Of a DNA stretch of 64,000 bases, positions 20,196 to 30,244 are shown one piece after another. The DNA lies in the NCBI GenBank assembly GCA_015064285.1, contig SVSN01000003.1:28629-92628 (forward strand), in the 5' to 3' direction. Positions within the stretch are counted from its first letter, which is position 1. The number at the start of each line of letters is the position of its first letter. A model generated the notes under the pieces. The model worked only from the letters and a program-made list of their open reading frames with translations. It was not told the DNA's origin and made no database searches. This stretch comes from Oscillospiraceae bacterium. GTDB taxonomy: Bacteria; Bacillota; Clostridia; Oscillospirales; CAG-272. The translations under genes were made by a program, and so were the position numbers.

Positions 20196-20296
20196 CCTGA
20201 ATTACCGTCTTGCAGGCGGTATGGGCAGAATGCGTATGGTGCATACTACCGGCAGTTCCGATCCTGTTTCTGCAGGGTCTGCTGTAGGGAGGAATT

Positions 20297-21403
20297 ATGA
20301 AATCACGTATTCTGCCTTTTTGTCTGGTTTTCCTGCTGTTTGTTTCCTTTGCGGCTTTTCCAGTATCCGCTCTGCAGGTTTCTGCCCGTTCAGCCGTTCT
20401 TCTGGAATGCGCAGGGGGAAATGTAGTTTATGAACAGAACGGTTCGGCCCGTATGCCTATGGCCAGTACCACAAAAATCATGACTGCGCTGGTTGCCATT
20501 GAAGCCGGAGATCTTTCCCGGACATATGCCATACCGGCGGAAGCTGTGGGTGTGGAAGGTTCTTCCGTTTACCTGAAAGCCGGTGAGCACCTGACCCTGG
20601 AGGAGCTGCTGTATGCCGTTATGCTGGAAAGCGCCAATGATGCGGCTGCCGCTGTTGCCTGTATTGTGGGAGGCAGTGTGGAAGCATTTGCCAGCATGAT
20701 GAACGACAAAGCATCCTCACTGGGTCTTGCGGACACCCATTTCACCAACCCTCACGGTTTGGACGATGAAGCGCACTACACCACTGCCCTGGATCTGGCA
20801 AGGCTTACCGCATATGCACTGGCAAACCCGATCTTTGCAGAGATTGTTTCCACACAAAGGAAAACCATTCCGATGGATGACGGCGCAGGTACCCGTGTGC
20901 TGTCCAATCACAATCGTCTGCTGCGGCAATATGACGATGTTATCGGCGTAAAAACCGGATTCACCAGACACAGCGGCCGTTGTCTGGTTTCAGCAGCGGA
21001 GCAAGACAGTGTACGGCTGGTGGCTGTGACGCTCAATGCCCCGGATGACTGGCGGGATCACCGTGCGATGCTGGATTACGGTTTTTCCCGATACGAAACG
21101 GTCGTGCTGGCAAAACCCGGAGAGTTTACCGCAGCTCTTCCCTGCTCCGGTACGGATAGCGGTACTCTGACTGCCGTAAACCGGGAAGGACTTATTCTGG
21201 CGCTGCCCACCGGTACCGTCATTACCCATCTGATCGAGAGCCGCGGCATGTGGTTTGCTCCCGTAGAAGAAGGACAGATCGTCGGCCAGATACGTTTTTT
21301 TGCGGATGGACAGGAAATCGGTGTTCTGCCGCTTGTGGCTTCTGCTGCTGTGCCTGCACCTCCCCGCGTTCCGGGTCTTCTGGAAAGAATACTGAACTTT
21401 TAG
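20297..21403 (+). CDS. D-alanyl-D-alanine carboxypeptidase (peptidase S11, DacB/DacF-like)
   Basis: A signal peptide is present. The SxxK motif is MASTTKIMTA, the SxN motif is LESANDAA, and KTGFT is also present. Confidence 0.85.
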   Translation: MKSRILPFCLVFLLFVSFAAFPVSALQVSARSAVLLECAGGNVVYEQNGSARMPMASTTKIMTALVAIEAGDLSRTYAIPAEAVGVEGSSVYLKAGEHLTLEELLYAVMLESANDAAAAVACIVGGSVEAFASMMNDKASSLGLADTHFTNPHGLDDEAHYTTALDLARLTAYALANPIFAEIVSTQRKTIPMDDGAGTRVLSNHNRLLRQYDDVIGVKTGFTRHSGRCLVSAAEQDSVRLVAVTLNAPDDWRDHRAMLDYGFSRYETVVLAKPGEFTAALPCSGTDSGTLTAVNREGLILALPTGTVITHLIESRGMWFAPVEEGQIVGQIRFFADGQEIGVLPLVASAAVPAPPRVPGLLERILNF

Positions 21404-21439
21404 AAACCATTTTATTGAATCATACAGGAAACTATCATC

Positions 21440-22186
21440 ATGAGTGAAGAAATTCGACTGCAAAAATTTATCAGTGACTGTGGTATACTGTCCCGTCGTG
21501 CCGCTGAAGAGGAAATCAAAGCAGGGCATGTCACTGTCAACGGCGAAAAAGCGGAACTGGGTCAGAAAGTGGATCCCGTACACGATGTTGTCTGCCTTGG
21601 GCGAAAGCGGATCTGTATGCCCCTGGTGGACGGCAAACGGCAGTACACATACATTCTGCTCCACAAGCCGGTTGGATATGTAACTACCCTTTCGGATGAC
21701 CAGGGACGTCCCTCCATCGCCGAACTTCTGAAGGGGACAAAGATAAGACTGTACCCGGTAGGGCGTCTGGATATGTATTCCGACGGTCTTCTCCTTTGTA
21801 CCGATGACGGTGATCTGACCAACAGACTGACCCATCCTTCCCACACGGTGGAGAAGGTGTATCTGGCTACGCTGGCCGGGAAACTGACGGCGGAAGAAAT
21901 CCGTGCCCTCGGTGAACCGGTGGAAATCGACGGACGGATGACCCGGCCTGTGGAAACCCGGAAAATGGCGGAATGTACCGTAAATCAGAAGCCGGCGACT
22001 GTGGTACAGTTTATTCTGTTTGAAGGACGCAACCGGCAGATCCGGCGTATGTGTGAAGCCCATGAGCGGAAAGTGCTGGCACTGACCCGTATCCGTATGG
22101 GCAAGATCGAACTTGGAACACTGCCTGCCGGGAAATGGCGTTATCTGACCGAGGCGGAAATTGCTTATCTGAAAGACATCAAGTGA
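21440..22186 (+). CDS. Pseudouridine synthase (RsuA/RluB family) with an S4 domain
   Basis: The S4 start is IRLQKFISDCGILSRRAAEEEIKAGHVTVNG. The catalytic motif is VGRLDMYSDGLLL. Confidence 0.85.
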   Translation: MSEEIRLQKFISDCGILSRRAAEEEIKAGHVTVNGEKAELGQKVDPVHDVVCLGRKRICMPLVDGKRQYTYILLHKPVGYVTTLSDDQGRPSIAELLKGTKIRLYPVGRLDMYSDGLLLCTDDGDLTNRLTHPSHTVEKVYLATLAGKLTAEEIRALGEPVEIDGRMTRPVETRKMAECTVNQKPATVVQFILFEGRNRQIRRMCEAHERKVLALTRIRMGKIELGTLPAGKWRYLTEAEIAYLKDIK

Positions 22187-22195
22187 GGAAACAAT

Positions 22196-22627
22196 ATGTT
22201 CGTAATCAAACCTATAGACGATAAAAACATTCAGGAAGAACTTTGCGGCGTTTGTCAATGTGCGTATCTGGCAGAAGATTTTGCCTATTTTGCGGCGGAT
22301 CTGTCGGAGGACGGTTCCAAACTGCTGGGAATTCTGGGAATCTGTCAGTTTGCCCTGCAGGAAGACTGTGGGATCGTACACACGCTCCAGCCCATGCCGG
22401 GGACTTTTGATGAAGAAGTGATGATCATCATGATACGCACGGCTATGGAATTCGTACATCGCTGCGGCTGCAAAACCATGATACTGGCGGAAGGTGCCTG
22501 CGACACAGCCTTTGGTGAGAAGATCGGATTCCGGCTGACAGATGGACAATACCGTATCAATCTGGAGGAATTCTACAAGTCGCCCTGCTCTTTTCAGGCG
22601 AAACTGACGAAGAAAGATGAAAAGTAA
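22196..22627 (+). CDS. Hypothetical protein (possibly a degenerate GNAT-like fold)
   Basis: This is a 143-aa ORF tightly packed between rlu and glxK. No diagnostic motif was found. Confidence 0.4.
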   Translation: MFVIKPIDDKNIQEELCGVCQCAYLAEDFAYFAADLSEDGSKLLGILGICQFALQEDCGIVHTLQPMPGTFDEEVMIIMIRTAMEFVHRCGCKTMILAEGACDTAFGEKIGFRLTDGQYRINLEEFYKSPCSFQAKLTKKDEK

Positions 22628-23780
22628 GAAAATTCTGGTGATTCCGGATTCCTTTAAGGGAGCTCTGTCCGCTGCAGAAGCGGGCGAAGCTATGGCACGG
22701 GGGATCCGTCACGCACTGGCAGAACGGGAAATGACCAATGAAGTGCTTGTATTCCCTGCTGCTGACGGCGGAGAAGGCACGGCAGAAGCACTGGCCGCCG
22801 CCCTTCACGGAACGTTCCGTACCCTTCCTACCGTGGATCTGTTCGGACATCCCATGGAAGCCTTGTATGCCGAGCTGCCCGGAGAAATCCCCACAGCGGT
22901 ACTGGACATGGCTTCCTGCTGCGGAATCGGCTTTGCGAAACAGTACGGGCCGGATCCCATGAAAGCTTCCACCTTTGGTGTAGGACAAATGATCTGTCTG
23001 CTGGCGGATATGCGCTACCGGCGGATTCTGGTGGGTCTGGGCGGCAGCGGTACCAATGACGGCGGTATCGGTGCACTGGCAGCTCTGGGGGCGTATTTCC
23101 GGGATGAAGACAGCAGAATGCTGATCGGTGCTCACGGTGGACAGGTACTGGAACGGATTGCTTCCGTGGATGTTTCCGGGGTACACAAGCGGTTGTCCGG
23201 TGTGGAACTGGTGCTGCTGTATGATGTGGCAGTTCCGCTGACCGGGGAATCCGGTGCTACGCGGATGTTCGGCCGGCAGAAAGGCGCAACACCGGAACAG
23301 CTGGACAGACTCGAAGCCGGGATGTGCCGGTACGCGGAGGTTTTACGGCAAGACTATGGTGCTGTGCCGGATGTGGATGGTACCGGAGCGGCCGGTGGGC
23401 TTGGCTGCGGACTGCATCTGGCCGGAGGAAGACTCTGTCACGGAGCGAGTTATGTGCTGGATACACTGGGCATCCCAGCTCTGCTGCAGGATACGGCAAT
23501 TGTCTTTACGGGGGAAGGCAAGACGGATGTTCAGACTGCCAGAGGAAAGCTGCCGCATACAGTTGCTAAATATGCCGGAGCGGCCGGGGTACCCTGTGTG
23601 GACATCTGCGGACAGGCGGATCCGGTGGATGTGCTGTATGAAGACGGTATGACTGCCATTGTTTCCCTGGTGCACGGGTGCATTTCTGTGGAGGATTCCA
23701 TGGCACGTACAGCGGAACTGGCGGAAAAAGCGGCCTACAATCTCACCAGAGTGTGGCTTGCTGGTGTAAAGAATCCGTGA
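22617..23780 (+). CDS. glxK: Glycerate kinase
   Basis: ILVIPDSFKGALSAAEAGEAMARG and the GEGKTDVQTARGK motif are typical of the glycerate kinase family. Confidence 0.85.
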   Translation: MKSKKILVIPDSFKGALSAAEAGEAMARGIRHALAEREMTNEVLVFPAADGGEGTAEALAAALHGTFRTLPTVDLFGHPMEALYAELPGEIPTAVLDMASCCGIGFAKQYGPDPMKASTFGVGQMICLLADMRYRRILVGLGGSGTNDGGIGALAALGAYFRDEDSRMLIGAHGGQVLERIASVDVSGVHKRLSGVELVLLYDVAVPLTGESGATRMFGRQKGATPEQLDRLEAGMCRYAEVLRQDYGAVPDVDGTGAAGGLGCGLHLAGGRLCHGASYVLDTLGIPALLQDTAIVFTGEGKTDVQTARGKLPHTVAKYAGAAGVPCVDICGQADPVDVLYEDGMTAIVSLVHGCISVEDSMARTAELAEKAAYNLTRVWLAGVKNP

Positions 23781-23856
23781 TTTTTTATATTTTTTATATT
23801 TCAGGGAACAAAACAACGCATGATGTCGTCTAATCCGTAAAAAGGAGGATGGTATC

Positions 23857-24360
23857 ATGCGTTTTGTTGTTGCTTTACTGGCGATATTGTTAGTCACCGG
23901 ATGCACCTCATCTCTGGAAATTTCGGACTATGGGGAACATCAGGAGAATGGTGTGGTGGAACCGGTGGATCCGTCCGCGGCAGAAGAAACGACCGCACCG
24001 GCCGGATCGGTGGTAATGACTGCGGAGTTTCCGGAATACCCTGTGGGGACGAAAGAAATCACACTGATTTACACCTATGTGGGCGAACCGGGATATTCCG
24101 CATTCTACGGACCTTATTATTGGGAAGCGGAAGTATATGAAAACGGAAAATGGAGGAAGATCCCCTTCAGGCCCAATGAAACCATACCGGATCTTGGCGG
24201 TGAACTTGGCAGCTCGGTTCAATATCCGGAAAGCAGCGAGCAGTCCTGGACATATGAACTGACCCGGCTGGATTATGAATTCCATCCCGGCCGGTACCGG
24301 ATTCTGAAGGAGTTCGGCGGCGTGATGTATGCGGCGGAATTTGAGCTGGTGGAGGAATGA
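23857..24360 (+). CDS. Lipoprotein with an Ig-like domain of unknown function
   Basis: The lipobox is LLVTGC. The domain is shared with the N-terminal part of 24839-26101 (GRYRILKEFGGVMYAAEFEL vs GTYRVVKEISGEVYTAEFMI). Confidence 0.6.
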   Translation: MRFVVALLAILLVTGCTSSLEISDYGEHQENGVVEPVDPSAAEETTAPAGSVVMTAEFPEYPVGTKEITLIYTYVGEPGYSAFYGPYYWEAEVYENGKWRKIPFRPNETIPDLGGELGSSVQYPESSEQSWTYELTRLDYEFHPGRYRILKEFGGVMYAAEFELVEE

Positions 24361-24842
24361 AAATAATGCTGTATACGGAACGGTGTATCCTGGTGCCGCT
24401 TTCGCCAGAACATATTCCCGCCCTGCTCCCCCTTTTCACTTCCACGGAAGTACGGCAGTATCTTGGCGGAGCAATCTCATCGGAAGCAGCAGAAGAAAAG
24501 ATTCGTTTATGGATGATACAGAAACACAGTCGGTATTGGACAGTCTTTCTGAAAAATGGTGCCTGTATCGGGATTGCCGATCTGTCGCCACATCATGATC
24601 CGACAAAAACGGAATTATCATACCAGTTCCATCCGGCATACTGGGGGCAGGGGTATGCGTATGAAACGCTGTCTGCGATACTGGAATGGTGCCGGGGACG
24701 GTATTCCTCCGTGGTTTCGGAAACACAGGAGGCCAATGTACGTTCCTGTAGGCTTCTGGAAAAGTTGGGGTATCGGCTGATCGGGCGCCCTGAACGGTTT
24801 GGCGCGGTACAGAGACTTTATGAAAAGGAGATCACGGTATGA
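24357..24842 (+). CDS. GNAT-family N-acetyltransferase (RimJ/RimL-like)
   Basis: TERCILVPLSPEHIPALLPLF and WGQGYAYETLSAILEW are present. It has 4-nt ATGA overlaps with both neighbouring genes. Confidence 0.75.
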   Translation: MKIMLYTERCILVPLSPEHIPALLPLFTSTEVRQYLGGAISSEAAEEKIRLWMIQKHSRYWTVFLKNGACIGIADLSPHHDPTKTELSYQFHPAYWGQGYAYETLSAILEWCRGRYSSVVSETQEANVRSCRLLEKLGYRLIGRPERFGAVQRLYEKEITV

Positions 24843-26101
24843 AAGAATTGCTTTCATTACTGGCTTTGGCAGCACTGCTGACCGGTTGTACGCCCCTGTC
24901 GCCATCGCCTCACGGAGATGTACCAAAGAGTGACACGGTTACTATGTCCACCCAGTTTCCGGTGTATGACAAGGATATCGACCGGATTCAGGTGATCATT
25001 GAAAACGGCGGAGAAACAAATCTGAATTACGGTGTAGAATGGGCAATGGAAGTCCAGCAGGGGGGCAGCTGGAAACAGATTCCTTATGCGGAAGGTTACG
25101 CATGGATCCAGCCCCTGATTTCGCTGATGCCCGCTGGTACATACAGTTATTATGTATCCATGGATATGCTGGATTACGACCTGAAGGACGGTACATACCG
25201 GGTAGTAAAGGAAATCTCCGGCGAGGTGTATACGGCAGAGTTTATGATCGGGGAATCCACAGTATCGGCAGACAGTCCCTTTGGCTATGTGCCGCTGGAA
25301 GATCTGCCTGCAGTATACACTCGTGAAAATGCCGCTGCAGACGGCGTGGTACTGATGCATCCGGACGGGACTTTTGAAAACAGCGACAGGATGGAGACAT
25401 TCCTGAAGGACTATATCCGCGGGGTGGATACGCAGATCCGGTTTGCACATTATGAACCCGGTAATGAGAACGAACTGTCTCTGACCGATGTGACTGTGGA
25501 TCGCCGCCTCGGCAGTACACGGATCCGGCATACCTATGACTGTACCCGGGTGATCTGCTACAATCCCTACTCTTATACCCATTATCTGCGGTACATAACA
25601 GTGGATGATTTTGGTCGGTTCTGGCTCTCCAACACACTGGAAACCGCCGAACATTCCGAGAATTCCGAGCTGCTGTATGAAATAAGTGAATTCTTCGGGA
25701 AGTATTCTGACTGGGCGGATACTGTCAGAGAATACACCCTGTCCACTTACAACGGTATCGGCGCATGGTCGCCGGACGGACTGCGGCTTGTGGAATCCAG
25801 CCGGGATGATGTACTGCACTTCTATGTGAACATCCGTCATGCAGAAGGCGGCGAGATCGGATATACGGCTAATCTTCTGGATGTGAAACCGGCTGAGCGG
25901 ATCATCGATGTGGTCTGGCAGGACAATACTGTCGCGGTACTTGTCTGCAGCAATCAAATAGAGGGTGTACAATACTATGGCGGTGACGACACTTATACCT
26001 ATTGCTTTTATGACACAGAGTCGGAAGAGCTTCTCCGTACTGTTGTTTCCGCTGAGGAATACCGTTTCGATGAGAATAGGAATCTCATCATCCCCCAATG
26101 A
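24839..26101 (+). CDS. Lipoprotein of unknown function (N-terminal Ig-like domain plus a larger C-terminal region)
   Basis: The lipobox is LLTGC. The N-terminal domain is paralogous to 23857-24360. No motif was recognised in the C-terminal region with confidence. Confidence 0.55.
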   Translation: MKELLSLLALAALLTGCTPLSPSPHGDVPKSDTVTMSTQFPVYDKDIDRIQVIIENGGETNLNYGVEWAMEVQQGGSWKQIPYAEGYAWIQPLISLMPAGTYSYYVSMDMLDYDLKDGTYRVVKEISGEVYTAEFMIGESTVSADSPFGYVPLEDLPAVYTRENAAADGVVLMHPDGTFENSDRMETFLKDYIRGVDTQIRFAHYEPGNENELSLTDVTVDRRLGSTRIRHTYDCTRVICYNPYSYTHYLRYITVDDFGRFWLSNTLETAEHSENSELLYEISEFFGKYSDWADTVREYTLSTYNGIGAWSPDGLRLVESSRDDVLHFYVNIRHAEGGEIGYTANLLDVKPAERIIDVVWQDNTVAVLVCSNQIEGVQYYGGDDTYTYCFYDTESEELLRTVVSAEEYRFDENRNLIIPQ

Positions 26102-26157
26102 GCACAAAAAAGAACGCATCTCCTGCTGAAATCCCACGGGAAATGCGTTCTTTTGTT

Positions 26158-27330
26158 TTACAGACGGATTATATTCTCCGCATCATCAGGACTTGCGCAG
26201 CCTACACTTTTCAGCATCAGAGCTGCATACCGGTCAAATTCCGTGTGTTCAATCAGGCGGAACAGAGCTGCACACATATCGATCAGATCCTCTTCCCTGT
26301 CCTTGTCCGCCATCCATCCGATGGTCAGAAAACGCAGCAGCATATACACAGCACACAGCGCCGTATATTCCTGGGGCAGGCTTTCCGGTCGGTCCTGAAA
26401 AGGAAACTGCACAAAAAACATATGGTTCACCAGCATATGTTCAAAGAAGATTTCCCAGTCCGGAAATGTTTTTTCCAGATGTCCTCTGGCTTTCAGGTAC
26501 CGTTCCATACTGCCGTCATCTTCGCCGAAGTAAGACAGTGCCGCTTCGCCGTAATCGTGAATACTGTGATGACGCTTATCCAGGAGTGCTGTCAGTTTCT
26601 CCATCACCCAGAGTCCGGACTGCAGGTGTTCCTCATCCAGGTCAGCTGCTGCACCGGGCATTTTTTCATTCTCTTCTTCCAGAATGGCTTTCAGACCGGC
26701 TTCATCCCCGCTCTGCATAATCGTGTCCACTTTATTCATCTGGTACCCCAGCTGCAGGATACGTTCCGGCAGGGGCATGGTTCTGTCCTGCAGGATTCGG
26801 ATGAAATACTGCCGGATCTCCCATTCTTTGCCCATGGACATAAACCGGGCGGTTCGTTCCTCCAGAGCAGGCGGAACCAGTTTCAGTTCTTTTTCTATGA
26901 ATGTAATCGGCTCTTTTCTGTGCAGGAAAAGCTCCAGTACCGCTTCACAGCTGGCAGCACAGGAACACTCAAGCTTCCCCCTTTCCAGCCGGATTCCTCT
27001 GGGATACAGGCGGCAGATATCCGGCAGAACATGTTCTCCGATCTCCGCATGGAGAGAACAGCGGCCGTCTTCCATCCGCATGGGACAGTCGCCGTCGTAT
27101 CGGGGAGAAAACTGGGCATAATGCTCCGGAGACGGTCTGTCACACATATGGAGACCGCCGTCCAGCCGCCGACGCAGATCCGGAGAGCACTCCAGGCCCA
27201 GGAGGTCAAAATAGTTCTGCAGGGTTATGGAAACCGGCCAGCCCGTACAGCAGGCAGTGCGGCAGGCACCCATTTTACAGGAGAAATCAGGAAAATAATC
27301 GGGAATTCGAAAATAATGTGTTTCTATCAT
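26158..27330 (-). CDS. FliB-like / YkgJ-type Cys-cluster protein (the family is often annotated flagellin lysine-N-methylase)
   Basis: The N-terminus is FPDFSCKMGACRTACCTGWPVSI, followed by DGDCPMRMEDGRCSLH...CRLYPR. This is the CxxxCxxCC pattern of that family. No flagellar genes lie nearby. Confidence 0.55.
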   Translation of the reverse strand: MIETHYFRIPDYFPDFSCKMGACRTACCTGWPVSITLQNYFDLLGLECSPDLRRRLDGGLHMCDRPSPEHYAQFSPRYDGDCPMRMEDGRCSLHAEIGEHVLPDICRLYPRGIRLERGKLECSCAASCEAVLELFLHRKEPITFIEKELKLVPPALEERTARFMSMGKEWEIRQYFIRILQDRTMPLPERILQLGYQMNKVDTIMQSGDEAGLKAILEEENEKMPGAAADLDEEHLQSGLWVMEKLTALLDKRHHSIHDYGEAALSYFGEDDGSMERYLKARGHLEKTFPDWEIFFEHMLVNHMFFVQFPFQDRPESLPQEYTALCAVYMLLRFLTIGWMADKDREEDLIDMCAALFRLIEHTEFDRYAALMLKSVGCASPDDAENIIRL

Positions 27331-27705
27331 ACAGAAACTCCGCATGCACAAGGCGTAGAATAAACGATTTCTGCGGATACCTGCTCCTTTTCAGGTTGAT
27401 TATCAAATTGTCAGTTCCGTGTTTCCGATATCACCACAAAAAATCGCGGGAATAATTATAACAGAATCCCGTGTAAATTGCAAGATATTCTGTATATTTT
27501 TCCCTTTTGCACATAATTATTCACCCCACTTTTTTTCTTGTCAGTATTTTATATAAATTCACTCTGTCAAATTTTTCCGAAAAACCATGAAAATATGTCG
27601 CTTTTGCGGGATATACCGTTTTCACAAGGAAAAAAGTGTCTCCGAATCCGGGATTGTCCAAAATGAGGAAAGTGTCGAAAGATAATAAAATTCGTACCAA
27701 ACGCC

Positions 27706-27734
27706 TTGACATTCCGGTATGGCAGGTGTATAAT
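27706..27734 (+). promoter_or_regulatory. Consensus sigma-70 promoter for glnN
   Basis: TTGACA (27706-27711), exactly 17 nt of spacer, then TATAAT (27729-27734). It lies about 90 nt upstream of the glnN ATG. Confidence 0.7.
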
Positions 27735-27825
27735 GACTTCGTAATGCGGCATAGGCACGGGTAAGTCTCAGGTGCCCATGCTCTTTTTACTTTTTGACAT
27801 ATTTCTGTATAGAAGGAGACCGTTT

Positions 27826-29925
27826 ATGGCATCCGTTACCGAATACTTCGGCTGTCTTTCCTTTGACGATTCCGCCATGCGGGCCAGACTGCCCAAAGAT
27901 ACGTATAAATCTCTGAAAAAAACCATTGATGAAGGAAAATCTCTGGATATCAATGTAGCCAACATCGTTGCCAACGCCATGAAGGACTGGGCGATCGAAA
28001 AAGGCTGTACCCACTACACCCATTGGTTCCAGCCGCTGACCGGTGTGACTGCCGAGAAACATGACAGTTTTATTTCCCCTATCGGTGACGGCAATATCAT
28101 TATGGAATTTTCCGGTAAGGAACTGGTACGCGGGGAATCCGATGCTTCCAGTTTTCCCTCCGGTGGACTGCGGGCTACTTTTGAAGCCAGAGGATACACG
28201 GCATGGGACCCTACATCCTATGCATTCATCAAAGGAAAAACCCTGTGTATCCCAACCGCATTCTGCTCCTACGGCGGTGAAGCACTGGATAAAAAAACGC
28301 CCCTTCTCCGCTCTATGGATGCCATCAACCGTCAGGCCAAACGGATTCTGAAGCTGTTTGATCCCAACACCGATGTTGCCTGTATCCGTCCCAGCGTAGG
28401 TCCGGAACAGGAATACTTCCTGGTAGACGAGACCATGTACAACCGCCGGAAGGATCTTATCTTCACCGGCCGGACGCTGTTGGGTGCCAGACCGCCCAAG
28501 ACCCAGGAGATGGAAGACCATTATTTCGGTTCCATAAAGCCCAGGGTGGAAGCCTACATGCAGGAACTGGACGAGGAGCTTTGGAAGCTGGGGATCCTTG
28601 CCAAAACCAAACACAATGAAGCCGCTCCTGCCCAGCATGAACTGGCTCCGATATTCACACAGGTCAATATTTCCACCGACCACAACCAGCTGACCATGGA
28701 GATCATGCAGAAGGTTGCCAGAAAGCATGGTCTGGTTTGTCTGCTGCACGAAAAACCTTTCGCCGGTGTAGCCGGCAGCGGGAAGCACAACAACTGGTCC
28801 CTCTCCACCAACACCGGCATCAATCTGCTGACCCCCGGGGAAACACCGTACGAAAACGCACAGTTCCTGCTGTTTCTTTCTGCTGTGATCCAGGCTGTGG
28901 ACGATTATCAGGATCTTCTGCGTGTTTCTGTAGCTACTGCCGGAAACGACCATCGTCTGGGAGCTCTGGAAGCTCCGCCGGCGCTGGTGTCCATCTTCCT
29001 CGGAGATGAGCTCACCGCGATCCTGGAAGCGTTGGAATCCGGTACCCATTATGACCCGCTGGAAAAAACACAGCTGAAACTGGGAGTTCATGTACTGCCC
29101 AAGCTGCCTAAAGATGCCACGGACAGAAACCGTACCTCTCCTTTTGCCTTTACTGGAAATAAATTTGAATTCCGTATGCTGGGTTCCTCCAATTCCATTT
29201 CCGACACAAACGTGGTTCTGAATACTGCGGTTGCAGAATCACTCCGGCAGTTTGCCGACAAGCTGGAAGCCGCAGCGGATTTTGATGCTGCGCTGAACAA
29301 TCTGATCCGGGAAACTATCCGTGCCCATAAGCGTATCATATTCAACGGGAACGGTTATGATGATGCCTGGATACAGGAAGCAACGAAAGAAAGAGGCCTG
29401 CTTAACCTCCGTTCCACACCGGACTGCATGCCGTATATGCTCTCTGTCAAGAATCTGAAGCTCTTTGCCGATCATAAGGTTTTCACGGAAGCTGAAGTGG
29501 AGTCCCGATATGAGATCACGCTGGAGAATTACTGCAAAACCATCCATATCGAAGCGGCTACCATGATCGATATGGTACAGAAGGAGGTTCTCCCTGCTGT
29601 TATGGCCTATACAGGCAAAGTCTGCGAAACCGGCCTTGCCAAGAAGAATTTCTCTGCTGCCATGGACACATCCTATGAAGAAAAACTGGCCTCCAGACTG
29701 ACAGAGCTCACGCGGCTGACTGATGATGGTATCCGTGCTCTGGAGGCTGCTGTGACAGAAGTAGAAAACATCCGCAATCTGACCGACAAAGCATTCGCAT
29801 ACAAGGAAAAGATCTGTACCCGAATGGAAAGCCTCCGCAGTTACTGTGACGAAGCAGAATCCCTGACTGCCGGCAGCTGCTGGCCTTTCCCCACATATGC
29901 AGACCTTCTGTTTGGTGTACGATAA
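27826..29925 (+). CDS. glnN: Glutamine synthetase type III
   Basis: The roughly 700-aa size and the [21 protein letters not shown] and [10 protein letters not shown] motifs match GSIII (Bacteroides/Ruminococcus type). AAGGAG lies 9 nt before the ATG. Confidence 0.85.
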   Translation: MASVTEYFGCLSFDDSAMRARLPKDTYKSLKKTIDEGKSLDINVANIVANAMKDWAIEKGCTHYTHWFQPLTGVTAEKHDSFISPIGDGNIIMEFSGKELVRGESDASSFPSGGLRATFEARGYTAWDPTSYAFIKGKTLCIPTAFCSYGGEALDKKTPLLRSMDAINRQAKRILKLFDPNTDVACIRPSVGPEQEYFLVDETMYNRRKDLIFTGRTLLGARPPKTQEMEDHYFGSIKPRVEAYMQELDEELWKLGILAKTKHNEAAPAQHELAPIFTQVNISTDHNQLTMEIMQKVARKHGLVCLLHEKPFAGVAGSGKHNNWSLSTNTGINLLTPGETPYENAQFLLFLSAVIQAVDDYQDLLRVSVATAGNDHRLGALEAPPALVSIFLGDELTAILEALESGTHYDPLEKTQLKLGVHVLPKLPKDATDRNRTSPFAFTGNKFEFRMLGSSNSISDTNVVLNTAVAESLRQFADKLEAAADFDAALNNLIRETIRAHKRIIFNGNGYDDAWIQEATKERGLLNLRSTPDCMPYMLSVKNLKLFADHKVFTEAEVESRYEITLENYCKTIHIEAATMIDMVQKEVLPAVMAYTGKVCETGLAKKNFSAAMDTSYEEKLASRLTELTRLTDDGIRALEAAVTEVENIRNLTDKAFAYKEKICTRMESLRSYCDEAESLTAGSCWPFPTYADLLFGVR

Positions 29926-30006
29926 GCGGTTGCGCAAAGGTGCAGTATAAAAATACAGTATTTCTGGCTTTTATACAAATTTTTTCAACTTTTTTTGCAT
30001 CCCCCC

Positions 30007-30035
30007 TTGACAACATCGCTTTAGTGTGCTAAAAT
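30007..30035 (+). promoter_or_regulatory. Sigma-70 promoter of the Tyr-leader / symporter transcription unit
   Basis: TTGACA (30007-30012), 17-nt spacer ending in TGc (an extended -10), then TAAAAT (30030-30035). Confidence 0.65.
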
Positions 30036-30068
30036 ACCGTCAACACAGAAATGAAAGGGATACATGCC

Positions 30069-30122
30069 ATGATGTTCGCATACGCTGCATACTACTATTA
30101 TTATTACTATTACGTTTCATGA
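30069..30122 (+). CDS. Candidate regulatory leader peptide MMFAYAAYYYYYYYYVS
   Basis: The codons read directly are atg atg ttc gca tac gct gca tac tac tat tat tat tac tat tac gtt tca tga. AGGGA lies 8 nt upstream, between a promoter and a terminator. Confidence 0.6.
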   Translation: MMFAYAAYYYYYYYYVS

Positions 30123-30186
30123 TGTAATAGTGATTTGTGGTGCAGTAAATTTGCGACAGGTTATCCCGGCTTTACCTACGAACAAA

Positions 30187-30222
30187 ACGCACAGAATCAC
30201 AATCTGTGCGTTTTTATTTTTT
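30187..30222 (+). terminator. Intrinsic terminator in the 5' leader (attenuator) of the SSS transporter gene
   Basis: acgcacaga (30187-30195) is the exact reverse complement of tctgtgcgt (30203-30211). The loop is 7 nt and TTTTATTTTTT follows. The hairpin lies upstream of, not after, a gene. Confidence 0.8.
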
Positions 30223-30244
30223 CCAGCAGAAAGGACTTCTCGCT

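Noticed and set aside
27521-27758. Two overlapping 63-aa minus-strand ORFs in the glnN upstream region.
   Set aside because: They have no RBS, and they overlap the consensus glnN promoter on the opposite strand. Their composition is typical of AT-rich spacer.
30064-30072. A three-codon mini-ORF, ATG CCA TGA, overlapping the start of the Tyr leader ORF.
   Set aside because: It is too short to evaluate. The SD spacing favours ATG 30069, and this ORF adds nothing to the attenuator model. It is noted only because it could modulate initiation.
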